A program made the translations under genes and the position numbers. Below are positions 12,911-28,530 of a stretch of 64,000 nt of DNA, piece by piece; the stretch's first letter is position 1; the number at the start of each line of letters is the position of its first letter. A model generated the notes under the pieces. That model was not told the origin of the DNA. It did no database searches and was given only the letters and a program-made list of their open reading frames with translations. Source of the stretch: Phyllobates terribilis (Eukaryota); the NCBI RefSeq assembly GCF_046119375.1, contig NW_027362769.1:367288001-367352000 (forward strand), in the 5' to 3' direction.

Positions 12911-13973
12911 TTCAAGCAAATTTTACAATCAAAAAGTCAAATGGGGCTCCTTCCCTTCCGAGCCCTGCCGTGCGCCCAAACAGTGTTTCTTCCCCAAATA
13001 TTGGGTATCTGCGTGCCCAGGGGAAATTGCACAACAAATTTTGGGGTCCATTTTTTCTTGTTACCCCTGTGAAAATAAAAAAAATTGGGTCTAAAGTAAC
13101 ATTTTTGTGAAAAAAGTTAAATGTTCATTTTTTTCTTCCACATTGAAAAAATTCCTGTGAAGCACCTGAAGGGTTAATAAAGTTCTTGAATGTGGTTTTG
13201 AGCACCTTGAGGGGTGCAGTTTTTAGAATGGTGTCACTTTTGGGTATTTTCTGTCATAAAGACCTCTCAAAGTGACTTCAAATGTGATGTGGTCCCTAAA
13301 AAAATGGTTTTATAAATTTTGTTGGAAAAATGAGAAATCGCTGGTCAACTTTTAACCCTTATAGCTCCCTAACAAAAAAAAATTTTGGTTCCAAAATTGT
13401 GCTGATGTAAAGTAGACATGTGGGAAATGTTATTTATTAACTCTTTTGTGTGACATATTGCTCTGATTTCAGGGCTTAAAAATTCAAATTTTGAAAATCG
13501 CAAAATTTTCAAAATTTTTGCCAAATTTCCGTTTTTTTCACAAATAAACGCAAGTGATATCGAAGAAATTTTTCCACAATCATGAAGTACAATATGTCAC
13601 GAAAAAACATTCTCAGAATCAGGGGGATCCGTTGAAGCGTTCCAGAGTAATTACCTCATAAAGTGACAGTGGTCAGAATTGTAAAAATTGGCCCGGTCAT
13701 TAACGTGCAAACCACCCGCGGGGCTTAAGGGGTTAACATGTTTATTACCAGCTGATTCATAGGCTATATTCACACAAACGTATTGTCTAAGTGCTGCCCG
13801 TGGAAAAAAATGACAGCACTTGGTCCAGTTCAGGTGAGCATTTAAAAATGGTAATACATAAGCATAATATGTACAATGTCTGACCACTACAAAACGGATT
13901 TAGGTTGTTAGAGGTGTAATGCAAGTAATCCAAGGTACGCTGTGCTTTTCTAGACTCCTAAAAAACAGAGTAA

Positions 13974-14904
13974 GGCTAAGTGCCCACAATGCAGAAATGC
14001 TGAGAATTTTTCCTGAGCGTTTCTGCATCTCCCTGGCAGAAAAAACGAAGTGGATTGTACATGCGTTTTTCCTGCCAGGGACAAGCATAAGTGAAGCGTA
14101 CTTCACATGCATTTCCGCATGCGGGTTGTCAAGCGCTTTACAAGCGATTTTAGCATCACTTGGAAAGTGCTTGACAACTTGGTCACACTATATAAATCCA
14201 TGCAACCGGTATGGATTTATATAGTGTGACCGTAAAAGATTGGAAAAAAATAGAAAATAAATATTATACTTACCTTCTAACGGCCCCTGGTCTCCTTATC
14301 CGATGCGTCCGGCCTTCCAGGTGTCTCGCGGTTGTGTAAAAGGACCTGCCATGATGTCATTTAGTCATGTGACGGGTCAAGCGACCGCCGACGACAGCAG
14401 TCGCGTGACCTGTCACATGACTAAATGACGTCATGGCAGGTCCTTTTAGACCATCACGAGCTGCCAGGAAGCCAGGACGCATCACTATGGAGACCGGGGG
14501 ACATCAGAAGGTGAGTATAATGTATATTTTTTATTTTAATTCTTTTTTTTTTACAGGTGCTATGGTACCCGGGTCTGGAGGAGAGTCTCTTCTTCTCCAA
14601 ACCCGGGTACCATCTGCACATTGAATCGCTAAATACCCGCATGTGCACATCTAGTCATGCGGATATTATGCGATTCAATGCAAGTCAATGGCGGCGAAAA
14701 CGCTGCAATTACACAAAATAATTGGTAGTGCTGCGGATTTTTCTGCAATGATAATCCGCAGCGGAAATTTCCGCAGCATGTGCAGAGCACATGCGGATTA
14801 TCATTAGGAACATAGCAGACCTTCTACCAAGTGTTTTTTAAGCGTTTCTTCAGCGGAATTGCCATTGCGGAAACGCTTAAAAAACGCATAGTGGGCACAC
14901 AGCC
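13974..14904. mobile_element. PIF/Harbinger-type MITE
   Basis: 3-bp TSD TAA (13971-13973, 14905-14907). TIRs GGCTAAGTGCCCACAATGC / GCATAGTGGGCACACAGCC. Confidence 0.75.
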
Positions 14905-17900
14905 TAAAGGTGGTCACACATAAGCACAGGTCTGCCAGATAGATACCTATGAATTATTATTTTGTGTATTATTTCCTACATACTTGATCGAGCAAGTCAT
15001 CAATGTAAAAGTCAAATCCACATTATAGTATATGATGTATGAGTCACTAATTATCATGTGTGTCCCATCTGATGTCTGTGCACACAATGAACATATTATA
15101 CCACATACAATACAATATACATAGGAGAATATATGACTGATATATAGAGATGAACAACTTAATTTGCAGGACCCTGATCCAATGGTCAGATGAATATTCA
15201 GTGGCTGCTGGATAGGAGCCCTGACAGCCTCCTACCGGACACCATTCTCTTTCTCTTCCTTTGATTTGTAGACAGGCACAATGTCATGTATGTGTCACGC
15301 CAAAAAGATGACATCATGCAAAGACTATAATCAAAAGAGGAGTCAGAGATGCCGGCAGGCAGGAGGAGGCTCGCGGGGCTCTGGTCTGGTGGCCACAGAC
15401 TACTGATGGGACTGTTTGACCAGTGTCCTGAGAATCAATTCGCTTATCTGTATTGGAATAAGATATATTATGACTACATACATCAGATATTACATACAGA
15501 ATAGCATGTGACAGTTATATACCACACTATGAGCACAGACATCAGATATTACACCAGTGACATATTATCCTCTGTATAACATTGGATGCCTGTATCAAAG
15601 TACATCACATACAGTATACAGCATAATATGTGATGGTATGCGATATACTGTGATACAGACATCAGATATTCATACCTCTCAACTTTTGAAGAACAGAAAG
15701 GGGGACAGAAAGAGGCTATGTGCGGCAAATTTTGGTCACGCCCCTGGTCACACCCCAATCCACGCCCATTTACCATTATCTTTCTCGCCCGTCAGGAGGA
15801 GTTGTCAGAGGGGTGCTGGTAGTGAGGGAAATTCAGCAGACGGCCGAGACTGCAAGGAGCAGACCCAAATCCAGTACTGTCCACTGTATCCAGGGCAGTT
15901 GGGACTAGAGATGAGCAGATGGATTCCGGGGACTCCAGTCGGGCGTCCAGGTCAGTGCTACCTGGCGGCTGGACTGGAGGCCATGAATCTCTTATCTTCC
16001 GGGGCAGTGCGGCGTCATCTGTGAGTCCTGCTCAACTCTTGTTGGGACCTGAGGATTATTTTTTCTTCCTCATTCACAGTCGGAGCCGCCAGAACTTTCT
16101 CATCTTTATGTAGATTCATTATACGACATCTGGCTTTCTTGTGGTGGCTCTTACTGTATATTGGGGGCTATGCGAGGGCTCATACTGTAGGTAGCTGTGG
16201 TGTGTGCTAATACTGTATGTATGGAGTTGTGTGGGGGCTCATACTGTATATAGGGGGATGTCAGCATACTTAAATCTGCTCTATATTAAGTGATAATATA
16301 AATATGCAAAAAAAATAAAATTAATATGTTAATATTAATATTGAGCTAAATTAATTTGAACCTATTGGTTCGGGCTCCACAACAGTCACGGTCTCTCATG
16401 TGGCCCCTTGGGAACATTAATCTCCCACCCCTGTTCTATTTCAAAGAGCTATGTTAAAAATCACACAGACATCATACGGACATCATACACACAGCGGGCA
16501 CAACCATCACACAGACATCATACACACAGCGGGCACAACCATCACACAGACATCATACACACAGCGGGCACAACCATCACACAGACATCATACACACAGC
16601 GGGCACAACCATCACACAGACATCATACACACAGCGGGCACAACCATCACACAGACATCATACACACAGCGGGCACAACCATCACACAGACATCATACAC
16701 ACAGCGGGCACAACCATCACACAGACATCATACACACAGCATGCACAACCATCACACAGACATCATACACACAGCGTGCACAACCATCACACGGACATCA
16801 TACACACAGCGGGCACAACCATCACACGGACATCATACACACAGAGGGCACAACCATCACACGGACATCATACACACAGCGTGCACAACCATCACACAGA
16901 CATCATACACACAGCGGGCACAACCATCACACAGACATCATACACACAGCGGGCACAACCATCACACACATACATCATACACACAGCGGGCACAACCATC
17001 ACACAGACATCATACACACAGCGAGCATAACTATCACACGGACATCATACACACAGGGTGCACAACCATCACACGGACATCATACACACAACGAGCACAA
17101 CCATCACACACACAGCGGGCACAACCATCACACACACATCATACACAGAGCGGGCATGCCATCATACAGACATCATACACACAACGGGCACAACTATCAC
17201 ATGGACATCATACACACAGCGTGCACAACCATCACACAGACATCATACACGCAGCATGCACAACCATCACACAGACATCATACACACAGCGGACAAAACC
17301 ATCACACAGACATCATACACACAGCGGGCACAACCATCACATGGACATCATACACACAGCGGGCACAACCATCACATGGACATCATACACACAGAGGGCA
17401 CAACCATCACACAGACATCATACACACAACGGGCACAACCATCACATGGACATCATACACACAACGAGCATAACTATCACACGGACATCATTCACACATC
17501 GTGCACAACCATCCCACGGACATCATACACATAACGAGCACAACCATCACACACATACATCATACACACAGCGGGCACAACCATCACACGGACATCATAC
17601 ACACAACGGGCACAACCATCACACACACACACATCATACACACAGCGCGCACAGCCATCACACGGACATAATACACACAGCGGTCACAACCATCACACAG
17701 ACATCATACACACAATGAGCACAACAATCACACAGACAACATACACACAGCGAGCACAACCATCACATGGACATCATACACATAATGGGCACAACCATCA
17801 CACACACACACAGACATCATACACATAGCGTGCACAACCATCACACGGACATCATAAACACAACGGGCACAACCATCACAGGGACATCATACACACAGTG

Positions 17901-19426
17901 AGCATAACTATCACACGGACATCATACACACAGCGTGCACAACCATCACACAGACATCATACACACAACGAGCACAACCATCACACACATACATCATACA
18001 CACAGCGGGCACAACCATCACACGGACATCATACACACAACGGGCAAAACCATCACACGGACATCATACACACAGCGAGCATAACCATCACAAGGACATC
18101 ATACACACAACGAGCACAACCATCACAAGGACATCATACACACAACGAGCACAACCATCACACACATACATCATACACACAGCGGGCACAACCATCACAC
18201 ACACATCATACACACAGCGGGCACAACCATCACACACACATCATACACAGAGCGGGCATGCCATCATACAGACATCATACACACAAGGGGCACAACTATC
18301 ACATGGACATCATACACACAACGGGCACAACCATCACACGGACATCATACACACAACGGGCACAACCATCACACGGACATCATACACAAAGCGGGCACAA
18401 CCATCACACAGACATCATACACACAGCGGTCACAACCATCACATGGACATCATACACACAACGGGCACAACCATTGCACAGACATTATACACACAGCGAG
18501 CATAACTATCACATGGACATCATACACACAACGAGCACAACCATCACACATACATCATACACACAGCGGGCACAACCATCACACGGACATCATACACACA
18601 AAGGGCACAACCATCACACGGACATCATACACACAGCGAGCATAACTATCACACGGACATCATACAAACAGCGTGCACAACCATCACACGGACATCATAC
18701 ACACAACGAGCACAACCATCACACACATACATCATACACACAGCGGGCACAACCATCACACGGACATCATACACACAGCGAGCACAACCATCACACACAT
18801 ACATCATACACACAGCGGGCACAACCATCACACGGACATCATACACACAATGGGCACAACCATCACACGGACATCATACACACAGCGAGCACAACCATCA
18901 CACACATACATCAGACACAAAGTGGTCACAGCCATCACATGGACATCATACACACAACGGGCACAACCATCACACGGACATCATACACACAACGGGCACA
19001 ACCATCACACGGACATCATACACAAAGCGGGCACAACCATCACACAGACATCATACACACAGCGGTCACAACCATCACATGGACATCATACACACAACGG
19101 GCACAACCATTGCACAGACATAATACAGACAGCGAGCATAACTATCACATGGACATCATACACACAACGAGCACAACCATCACACATACATCATACACAC
19201 AGCGGGCACAACCATCACACGGACATCATACACACAAAGGGCACAACCATCACACGGACATCATACACACAACGAGCACAACCATCACACACATACATCA
19301 TACACACAGCGGGCACAACCATCACACGGACATCATACACACAATGGGCACAACCATCACACGGACATCATACACACAGCGAGCACAACCATCACACACA
19401 TACATCAGACACAAAGTGGTCACAAC

Positions 19427-20743
19427 ATTAACCAGAGTCATTAACCAGATGATTAATTAATCATTAATCATTAATCATTAACCAGAGTCAGCATGGGTTT
19501 GTAACTAACAAGTCATGTCAGACTAACTTAATTTCCTTCTATGACAGAATCACTGACTGGGTGGATCAGGGAAATGCTGTAGATATAGTATATCTTGACT
19601 TCAGCAAAGCATTTGACAAAGTATCTCACACCATCCTTATTGAAAAAATGACCAAGTATGCAATGGACCAGGCAACTGTTAGGTGGATTCATAACTGGCT
19701 TAGTGATCGGACTCAAAGGGTGGTTGTAAATGGCTTCACATCCAGCTGGATGAATGTCTCAAGTGGGGTACCACAGGGCTCCGCCCTGGGACCTGTATTG
19801 TTCAACATCTTTATCAATGATTTAGATGAAGGAATTGAGGGTAAACTGATTAAATTTGCTGATGACACAAAGCTAGGAGGGATAGCTAATTCTAGAGAAG
19901 AGAGAGAGAGGATTCAAAAAGACCTAAATAAACTGGAGCAGTGGGCAGCAACCAACAGAATGGTTTTTAACAGGGAAAAATGCAAAGTACTACATCTGAG
20001 CAATAAAAATGAAAAAAGCATATACAGAATGGGAGGAATAGAGCTATGCAACAGTACATGTGAAAAAGACTTAGGTATACTAATAGATCATAGACTGAAC
20101 ATGAGTCAACAGTGTGATGCAGCAGCAAAAAAGGCAAATACAATTCTGGGATGTATTAACAGAAGCATACAGTCTAGATCACGTGAAGTCATTATCGGTC
20201 TTTACTCCTCTTTGGTCAGACCTCATCTGGAATACTGTGTACAGTTTGGGCACCACATTTTAAAAAAGACATAGACAAACTGGAGCAAGTTCAGAGAAGA
20301 GCGACCAGAATGGTGACTGGTCTGCAAACCATGTCCTATGAGGAACGGTTGCAGGATTTGGGAATGTTTAGCTTGCAAAAAAGAAGACTGAGAGGAGACT
20401 TAATAGCTGTCTACAAATATGTCAAGGGCTGTCACATTGTAGAAGGATCATCTTTATTCTCATTTGCACAAGGAAAGACTAGAAGCAATGGGATGAAACT
20501 AAATGGGAGGAGACACAGATTAGATATTAGAAAAAACTTTTTGACAGTTAGGTTGATTAATGAGTGGAACAGGCGGCCACGAGAGGTGGTGAGTTCCCCT
20601 TCAATGGACGTCTTCAAACAGAGGCTGGACAGACATCTGTCTGAGATGATCTAGTGAATCCTGCTTTGAGCAGGGGGTTGGACCAGATGACCCAGGAGGT
20701 CCCTTCCAACTCTACCATTCTATGATTCTATGATTCTATGATT
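19427..20743 (+). mobile_element. 5'-truncated CR1 LINE (ORF2 reverse-transcriptase C-terminal part plus 3' UTR)
   Basis: QHGF...YLDFSKAFD...GVPQGSALGPVLF...KFADD RT motifs. Frameshift near 20246. CR1-type C-terminus (LFSLQKRRLRGDLI). 3' tail (ATTCTATG)3 at 20717-20740. Possible TSD CAAC. Confidence 0.93.
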
Positions 20744-21660
20744 CAACCATCACATGGACATCATACACACAACGGGCACAACCATCACACACATACATCA
20801 TACACACAGCGGGCACAACCATCACAGGGACATCATAAACACAACGGGCACAATCATCACACAAACATCATACACACAACGGGCACAACCATCACACGGT
20901 CATCATACACACAGCGGGCACAACCATCACACGGACATCATACACAAAGCGGTCACAACCATCACATGGACATCATACACCCAACGGGCAGAACCATCAC
21001 ACAGACATTATACACACAGCGAGCATAATTATCACACGGACATCATACACACAACGAGCACAACCATCACACACATACATCATACACACAGCGAGTACAA
21101 CCATCACACGGACATCGTATACACAATGGGGACAACCATCACACGGACATCATACACACAGCGAGCATAACTATCACACGGACATCATACACACAGCGTG
21201 CACAACCATCACACGGACATCATACACACAACGAGCGCAACCATCACACACATACATCATACACACAGCATGCACAACCATCACATGGACATCATACACA
21301 TAACGGGCACAACCATCACACACACAGCGGGCACAACCATCACACGGACATCATTCACACAACGGGCACAACCATCACACGGACATCATACACACAGCGA
21401 GCATAACTATCACACGGACATCATACACACAGCGTGCACAACCATCACACGGACATCATACACACAACGAGCACAACCATCACACACATACATCATACAC
21501 ACAGCGGGCACAACCATCACACGGACATCATAAACACAACGGGCACAATCATCACACAGACATCATACACACAGGGGGCACAACCATCACAAGGACATCA
21601 TACACACAACAGGCACAACCATCACACACACACACACATCACACACACAGCGGGCACAAC

Positions 21661-22898
21661 TGTGGCGCCCCTGAGGGTTCAGTCGCCACAGAGGTACTGC
21701 ACCTCAACCAGAGGTGTGGTATCTCCTTCTCTCAGGTAAGGAGGGAGTGCTGCCCGGAACCCCAACACCCACATTCAACACTACACTGCTCAAGGCCGGC
21801 TGGAGGGGCAACATGCATTCGCAAAGCTGAACCCTGTCCCTGGCTGGAGTGGAGGGGAACCCAGAGGTAGGGGGAATCAGTAGTGGGTGTGGGTGGAGGA
21901 AATAGTTTAGAGGAGCACCATTACAGGAGGCATATAAAAAGGGAAGCCATCTTAGGGTGGCAGTGCAGTAGAGCTCAGTGAGTGAGGGAAATCAGTCTGG
22001 GAGCAGAGGTTCTTTAGGAGCTCTGCTCCACAAGTAGGGCCCAGTCCTAGAGGCCCAGGAGGGGAGCAGATGAGTAGGCTCCGATCTACAGAAGGGATCC
22101 TAGGGAGTACGGCGAGTGCAGGACGGCACCCGTACGTCCCGAATCTGTCAGAAGACAGAGGGATCGTAGGCCGCAAGAAGAGGACCGGCCCCTGGTCCAG
22201 CCGTGTTACTCTAAGTCTCGGCTGGGAAAACCGGAGGCTTCTGGCTTATATAGTCAGTTGCCGAAGCCTCATTCTAATCCCCGTGAGGGTCAAGCAGGTC
22301 CAGGAACTCCAACAAGACAGGAGGGACTTCAGAGCACCCGAGCAGGATTGAGAGTGGGGAAGCGCAGGGCAGGAGGGAGAAAGACCCAGCGTGAACACAA
22401 GAAAGTGGGGTTCTGTCAGGTGCTTCAAATCTGCCTGACGAAGAGCTGAACCACTGCCTGGTGAATGCAGAGCGACGTGGGAGGCTAGCACCCGTACAGT
22501 GCACCAGTGGAACTGTCATAAGAACTGTGAGTAAAAACTCAGATGACTGCACCGTACTGCCTCCGTCCATTCTTTCATCTGCGCCCTCTTGCCTCCTGGC
22601 ACTACAACGCCCAGAGCAAGTTACACTACCTACACTGCCCTGGAGCTAAGCTCTACCTGTGGAGAGCCACACCATCCCTGCTGCCGTAACACCAGCTCCA
22701 GAGGACTGCTCCGCAGCGGCGGCTCCCTTTAGCCGCATTCCACAGGTGGCGTCACGAACACTGCACAAATCCCCTATAAATATTACCCCCCTTTTTGGTG
22801 ACCGCCCTGGGCCACGGACCGGGCCAGCCACCGTGATATCCCCCACCAGCATCCATAGGCCCGGCTGCCGAGTACCCCACGGCTCTGGGGGCGCGTCA
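21661..22898 (+). mobile_element. Solo LTR B (same clade as LTR A/C/D) inserted in the satellite
   Basis: TGTGGCGCCCC...GGCGCGTCA termini. TSD CAAC/CGAC. 5' end similar to LTR A/D (gtactgcacctcaaccagaggtgtggtat). TATA (catataaaagg) plus CCATCTT. Confidence 0.85.
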
Positions 22899-25800
22899 CG
22901 ACCATCATACACACAGCGGCACAATCATCACATGGACATCATACACACAGCGGGCTCAACCATCACACGGACATCATACAGACATCATACACACAACGGG
23001 CACAAGCATCACACAGACATCATACACACAACGGGCACAATCATCACACGGACATCATACACACAACGGGCACAATCATCACACGGACATCATACACACA
23101 ACGGGCACAATCATCACACGGACATCATACACACAACGGGCACAATCATCACACGGACATCATACACACAACGGGCACAATCATCACACGGACATCATAC
23201 ACACAACGGGCACAATTATCACACGGACATCATACACACAAAGGGCACAACCATAACACAGACATCATACACACAACGGGCACAATTATCACACGGACAT
23301 CATACACACAACGGTCACAATTATCACACGGACATCATACACACAGCGGTCACAACCATCACACACACACATCATACACAGCGGGCACAACCATCATACA
23401 CACAGCGGGCACAACATGACATGTATATATTCACTTCTTCTCCATCATGTCTCCAGTGGCAGTGGTGGGGCCTGGTGTTTGCAATCAGCAGCAGAGGATG
23501 GGCTGTACGCAGGAGAGCTGTCAGCCCTGCAGTGTCCCTAAATCCCCTTCCCATCTCCCCTAGTCCCGACTGCAGAGCTGCTGGTGACTTTGCATGAGCC
23601 CCCTCCCATCCTGTAATAACAGCAGCTACAGATGGGAGAGGCTGAGGGTCTCCCCCCTCACCTCAGGACAGCACCTTGTTGTCATGTCCTCCGCAGACTT
23701 GGCCCCGCCCCCTGTCCCCTCACCTCCTCATGCTGTGCGGTCTCTCTGCACAGTAGAATTCCTCTGCACTGATGCCGGGGAGGAGCAGGGAGCGGGAGGC
23801 GGAGCTACAAGGAGTCACACACAGCATGTAAAGCCTGCATGTCTGGAAAAAAAAAGCCCAGTGCCTAGCAACGCCCCTGCCGGGAGAAGAGTTGAGCCGG
23901 GACGGGACTGAGCCCTCAAATCGGGACAGGCCCAGGGAATAGGGGAGGGTTGTTAGCTATGGATATTATACCAGCCTCCTATTATTCTGTGTATAATATG
24001 GGATGTCTGTGCCTATAGTATATATATATTATACCACCTACAGGCTAATATGTAACTAGTGCACATTACACCATGAGTACAGACATTAGGTATTACACCA
24101 GTCACGTATTATCCTCTACAGCTCTTTAATATCTGTGGCGCTATTGTCCCCGCCGATCCTACCACAGACCGAATAATGCTACTGTCACACGATCAGTATT
24201 TTGTCAGTCTTTTTCTTGAGTATTTGGAAGCCAAAACCAGATGAGGAGCAATCAGAGAAAAGGTATAATACATACCAGTGCATATATTCTGCATTTATCA
24301 CTCTCCTGGTTTGGCTTACAAATATGGATAGTGAGACCATATCCTCACATAATCTACCAGCAGCCTGATGGGTGTTATGCCGGGGTCTTAGTGCACAGGA
24401 CCCGGTCATTACACGGCGTCCATCTACAGCTGGGACATTTCCTGTGAACACTCGCTCTCCCCTATCACCCGCACGGGTCTGATCCTGAAGATCTCATGTA
24501 TCAGAATCCAGTTGTTCATCCCAAGATAGTTTGTATTTATCATCTGCCACATAATGGATGAGTGGGACCGAACTCAGCATGGGCTGGGGGAGCAGACAAG
24601 GCACCAGTATAATTCAGGGGTGAATAAGCAGACACACGGCCACTGAGGAGTTAAATGGAGGAAATACTTGTATCCGGTATTGGTCGGTGCCTGAGGATGT
24701 CTGTCAGTCATTGGCTGATCACAGATCCGTTGGTGATTTTGAAATTCCCGCTCAATCGTTGTTCTTTGTCCTCCGGATTATTTATTAACGACTCCTGTTA
24801 ATAGCGGAGATCGCAATTTGAGCAATCCGGTCTGGGGGCAGCTCTACCCCGCTGAGAATACAGGGTCCTCTCCTCCAGAGCGGTCTGCCCCCGAACAAAT
24901 GTGATCGTTCTCCTGATCGGCAGGTGGAGGATGTGCCGGCCTTGTTATTATTCTGGGAGGTTATTAACCTTTTGAGGCCGCCATCCATCCGAGACTCCAG
25001 TGCCCAGGACGCGGTCATCACACAGACGTCCGTATTCCGGCTACACAGGGCGTCCATCCAGCTGCCTCATACGGACACATTCCCTGCGAGTATTCGCTGC
25101 CTCTACAACACAATCGTATCTGATCCTGTTAATATCAAGATCAACACATTCATCTGACTGCAGTATGATAGGATTTCTGCTGTGTAGTAATCGCAGCACA
25201 GAGAGCTATGTACTGTGTGCACAGAGGTATCTATCATGTATGACATTGCTGCAGAGTTATGACTTGGTGACAGATTGCAAATGTCAGAAACTTCTTACTG
25301 CTGTCCATGTTTCTGCTGTATCATTTATTCTCTACAATCTGCATTAGAAACATAATTTATTATACATATAATGATAGAAAAGGATCCAGAACCAAGATCT
25401 CATCTCATCCGTCTTCCTGATTGAGCCCAGCCGCTAATATCTCCCCATATCCTGCAGGAACAACAACCTGTAAGAGGCGGCAGCTGCACTGACAGCACAG
25501 AGGCCACTTCTCCCCGGGGAGACTTCATCTTCTTACAATCAGATTGGTGATCGGAGCTCTCTGCACTTCCGCAGTGATTTCATCTTATAGTATATTAACA
25601 CTTTTCTTTCCAGACTACTAAAGTTCTCTGATCTTTAATGGACTTACTATTTTCATCGTTGTTATTATACAGATGGAGATTGATGCTCAGATCTGAGTCT
25701 TATTGTTTGTTTTCTCAATGTGTCACCGAGATCCCCTATATTCGTTATACATCGCTACATCTGGTATTAGAGGAAGTTATCTAGAGATTGTATTGGGATA

Positions 25801-26470
25801 TTTCTCCTCTTAACAAGGGATTCATTGTTCTCCTCTTCATTCTTGGAGCTTCTACATGTGGATATATTGCCCGAGAGCCGCCCGTCCTGACACTGGATAA
25901 AGGGGAGGAGGACAAGTGAAAGAGCAGAAGAACGAGCAGTAACGGAGCAGGAATCTATAGAAAAGGAATAAAGCTCCTGTGAGGGTGTGATGACCGATAA
26001 CCTAACTGCATGTCTGACCTATGGGATCCGGACAACAGTGTAATTTTCTGAGCAATCTGCAATACATGATCGTACATGTCCTGTCACACACTTCCTCCCT
26101 GTAGCTGTACAATTGATCTGTACATGAATTACTGGATTAAACTACTGGGGAGATGATCGGGGGGATATGGTGGGGTCAAAGCAGAATTGGTCTTCCCTGA
26201 AATATCGCATGTAGGATGCGTCCCTGGCTAGTATATCGTATAAAGGGAGGTCAGACACACGGGGCACATCACAGCTTTTGGCTGATTCACTCGATATATC
26301 TATGAAAGGAAACCGAAGCATCCCTGACCCCGGGTCTTGTATTATAGAAAGCGGAGACTGCTCAACTAAAATCTCCAGACTCCTGTATGGGATGTAAACG
26401 ACCAATATAAGTCGGTCATAGAACCTCGTGTTATATGGGGACAAAGAACAGAAAAGCCATCAGCCACTGA

Positions 26471-27066
<596 letters not shown>

Positions 27067-27100
27067 GCGCCGCTCCTCCACATCTGTCCGAACAACCAAA

Positions 27101-27116
27101 GGCTCTTCTAAGAGCC
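27101..27116 (+). promoter_or_regulatory. Histone 3' stem-loop of H2A
   Basis: CAAA-GGCTCT TCTA AGAGCC-ACCA. Confidence 0.95.
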
Positions 27117-27964
27117 ACCACATCCTCCTCATCAGAGCCGGCACCGCTGATAGCAGGCGATGGTCCACACTATATAGAGAGAACAACACGATCTATTCTA
27201 TGTTCTACTGTATGATTTACTATAGATCAGAAATGTAAAGCATTAAATAGGTTGATCCTGCTATATTTCGTAGCGCAGATACTAATTTTAGTGACCCGGC
27301 TAATAGAGAGTTAAACGGTGGAGAAAACACTTGTATCTGGTATTGGTTGGCGCCTGCTGAGATGTCTGTAATTGGTGGTTTTGAGTTTCCCGCGCAATCT
27401 TTCTTTGTGCGTCGGATTATTACCCGCCCCTCTGCTTGTAGCGGAGATCGCAATCTGAGCAATGCGGTCTGAGCACAGCTCTACCCCTCTGAGAATACAG
27501 CGCAGAGCAGCTTTCCCCGAACACGGTAATGGTTCTTATCGAAAAGAGGATGGTTCTCCACTAATCATTTATGTGAGGTCATGAACCTTCAGCGGCCTCC
27601 ATATACACTGAGCCTGATACAAGCCCCGTCCTCAATCACAGGATCTTATGTTTCCATTCTGTAAGCAGCACTCGGAACATCACTACTGATGGGAGCAGTT
27701 GCGTATCTTGTATTAAAGAAAGCTGATACTGCTTCAATAACTCGGGATATCTACAGATTGCTGTAAGGAACGCAATCAGCCCGTCAAATACTATACATCA
27801 CTCCAACCACAACAAACTCATCCCTTCAGTGCAAGTATCCTCAGTTATCAATGAGTGAACATTTTTAACTCATGAACAGCGTATAAAGCTTGTACTGGCA
27901 TTCACACAAGCACAGGGATTGTTACTCCAACAGGAGATTGTAGCCTCTCATCTAGAAGATGTGG

Positions 27965-27980
27965 TGGCTCTGAAAAGAGC
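27965..27980 (-). promoter_or_regulatory. Histone 3' stem-loop of H4
   Basis: GGCTCTTTTCAGAGCC-ACCA on the minus strand. Confidence 0.95.
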
Positions 27981-28013
27981 CTTTGGGTTGTCAGGATGGA
28001 GCAGAGAACACAA

Positions 28014-28530
<517 letters not shown>

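Larger units (their letters stand above)
9509..13732 (-). mobile_element. Non-autonomous piggyBac-type DNA transposon, copy B (~4.2 kb), inverted relative to copy A
   Basis: TTAA at 9505-9508 and 13733-13736. CCCCTTAA...TTAAGGGG termini. Reverse-complement colinear with 1527-5231, including the nested MITE and telomere-like tract. Confidence 0.8.
16461..23415. repeat. 35-bp CA-rich satellite (ACAGCGGGCACAACCATCACACAGACATCATACAC), interrupted by CR1 and a solo LTR
   Basis: 35-bp period seen directly (caacc at 16501, 16536...). About 4.4 kb of repeat after removing the two insertions. Confidence 0.95.

Noticed and set aside
16408-19460. Long His/Thr-rich ORFs (436, 340, 520 aa)
   Set aside because: These are translations of the strand-biased 35-bp satellite, which lacks stop codons by composition and is open in several frames.
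27101-27116. Variant stem-loop loop TCTA in H2A/H2B
   Set aside because: Still fits the U-Y-U-N loop consensus, so it is not unusual.
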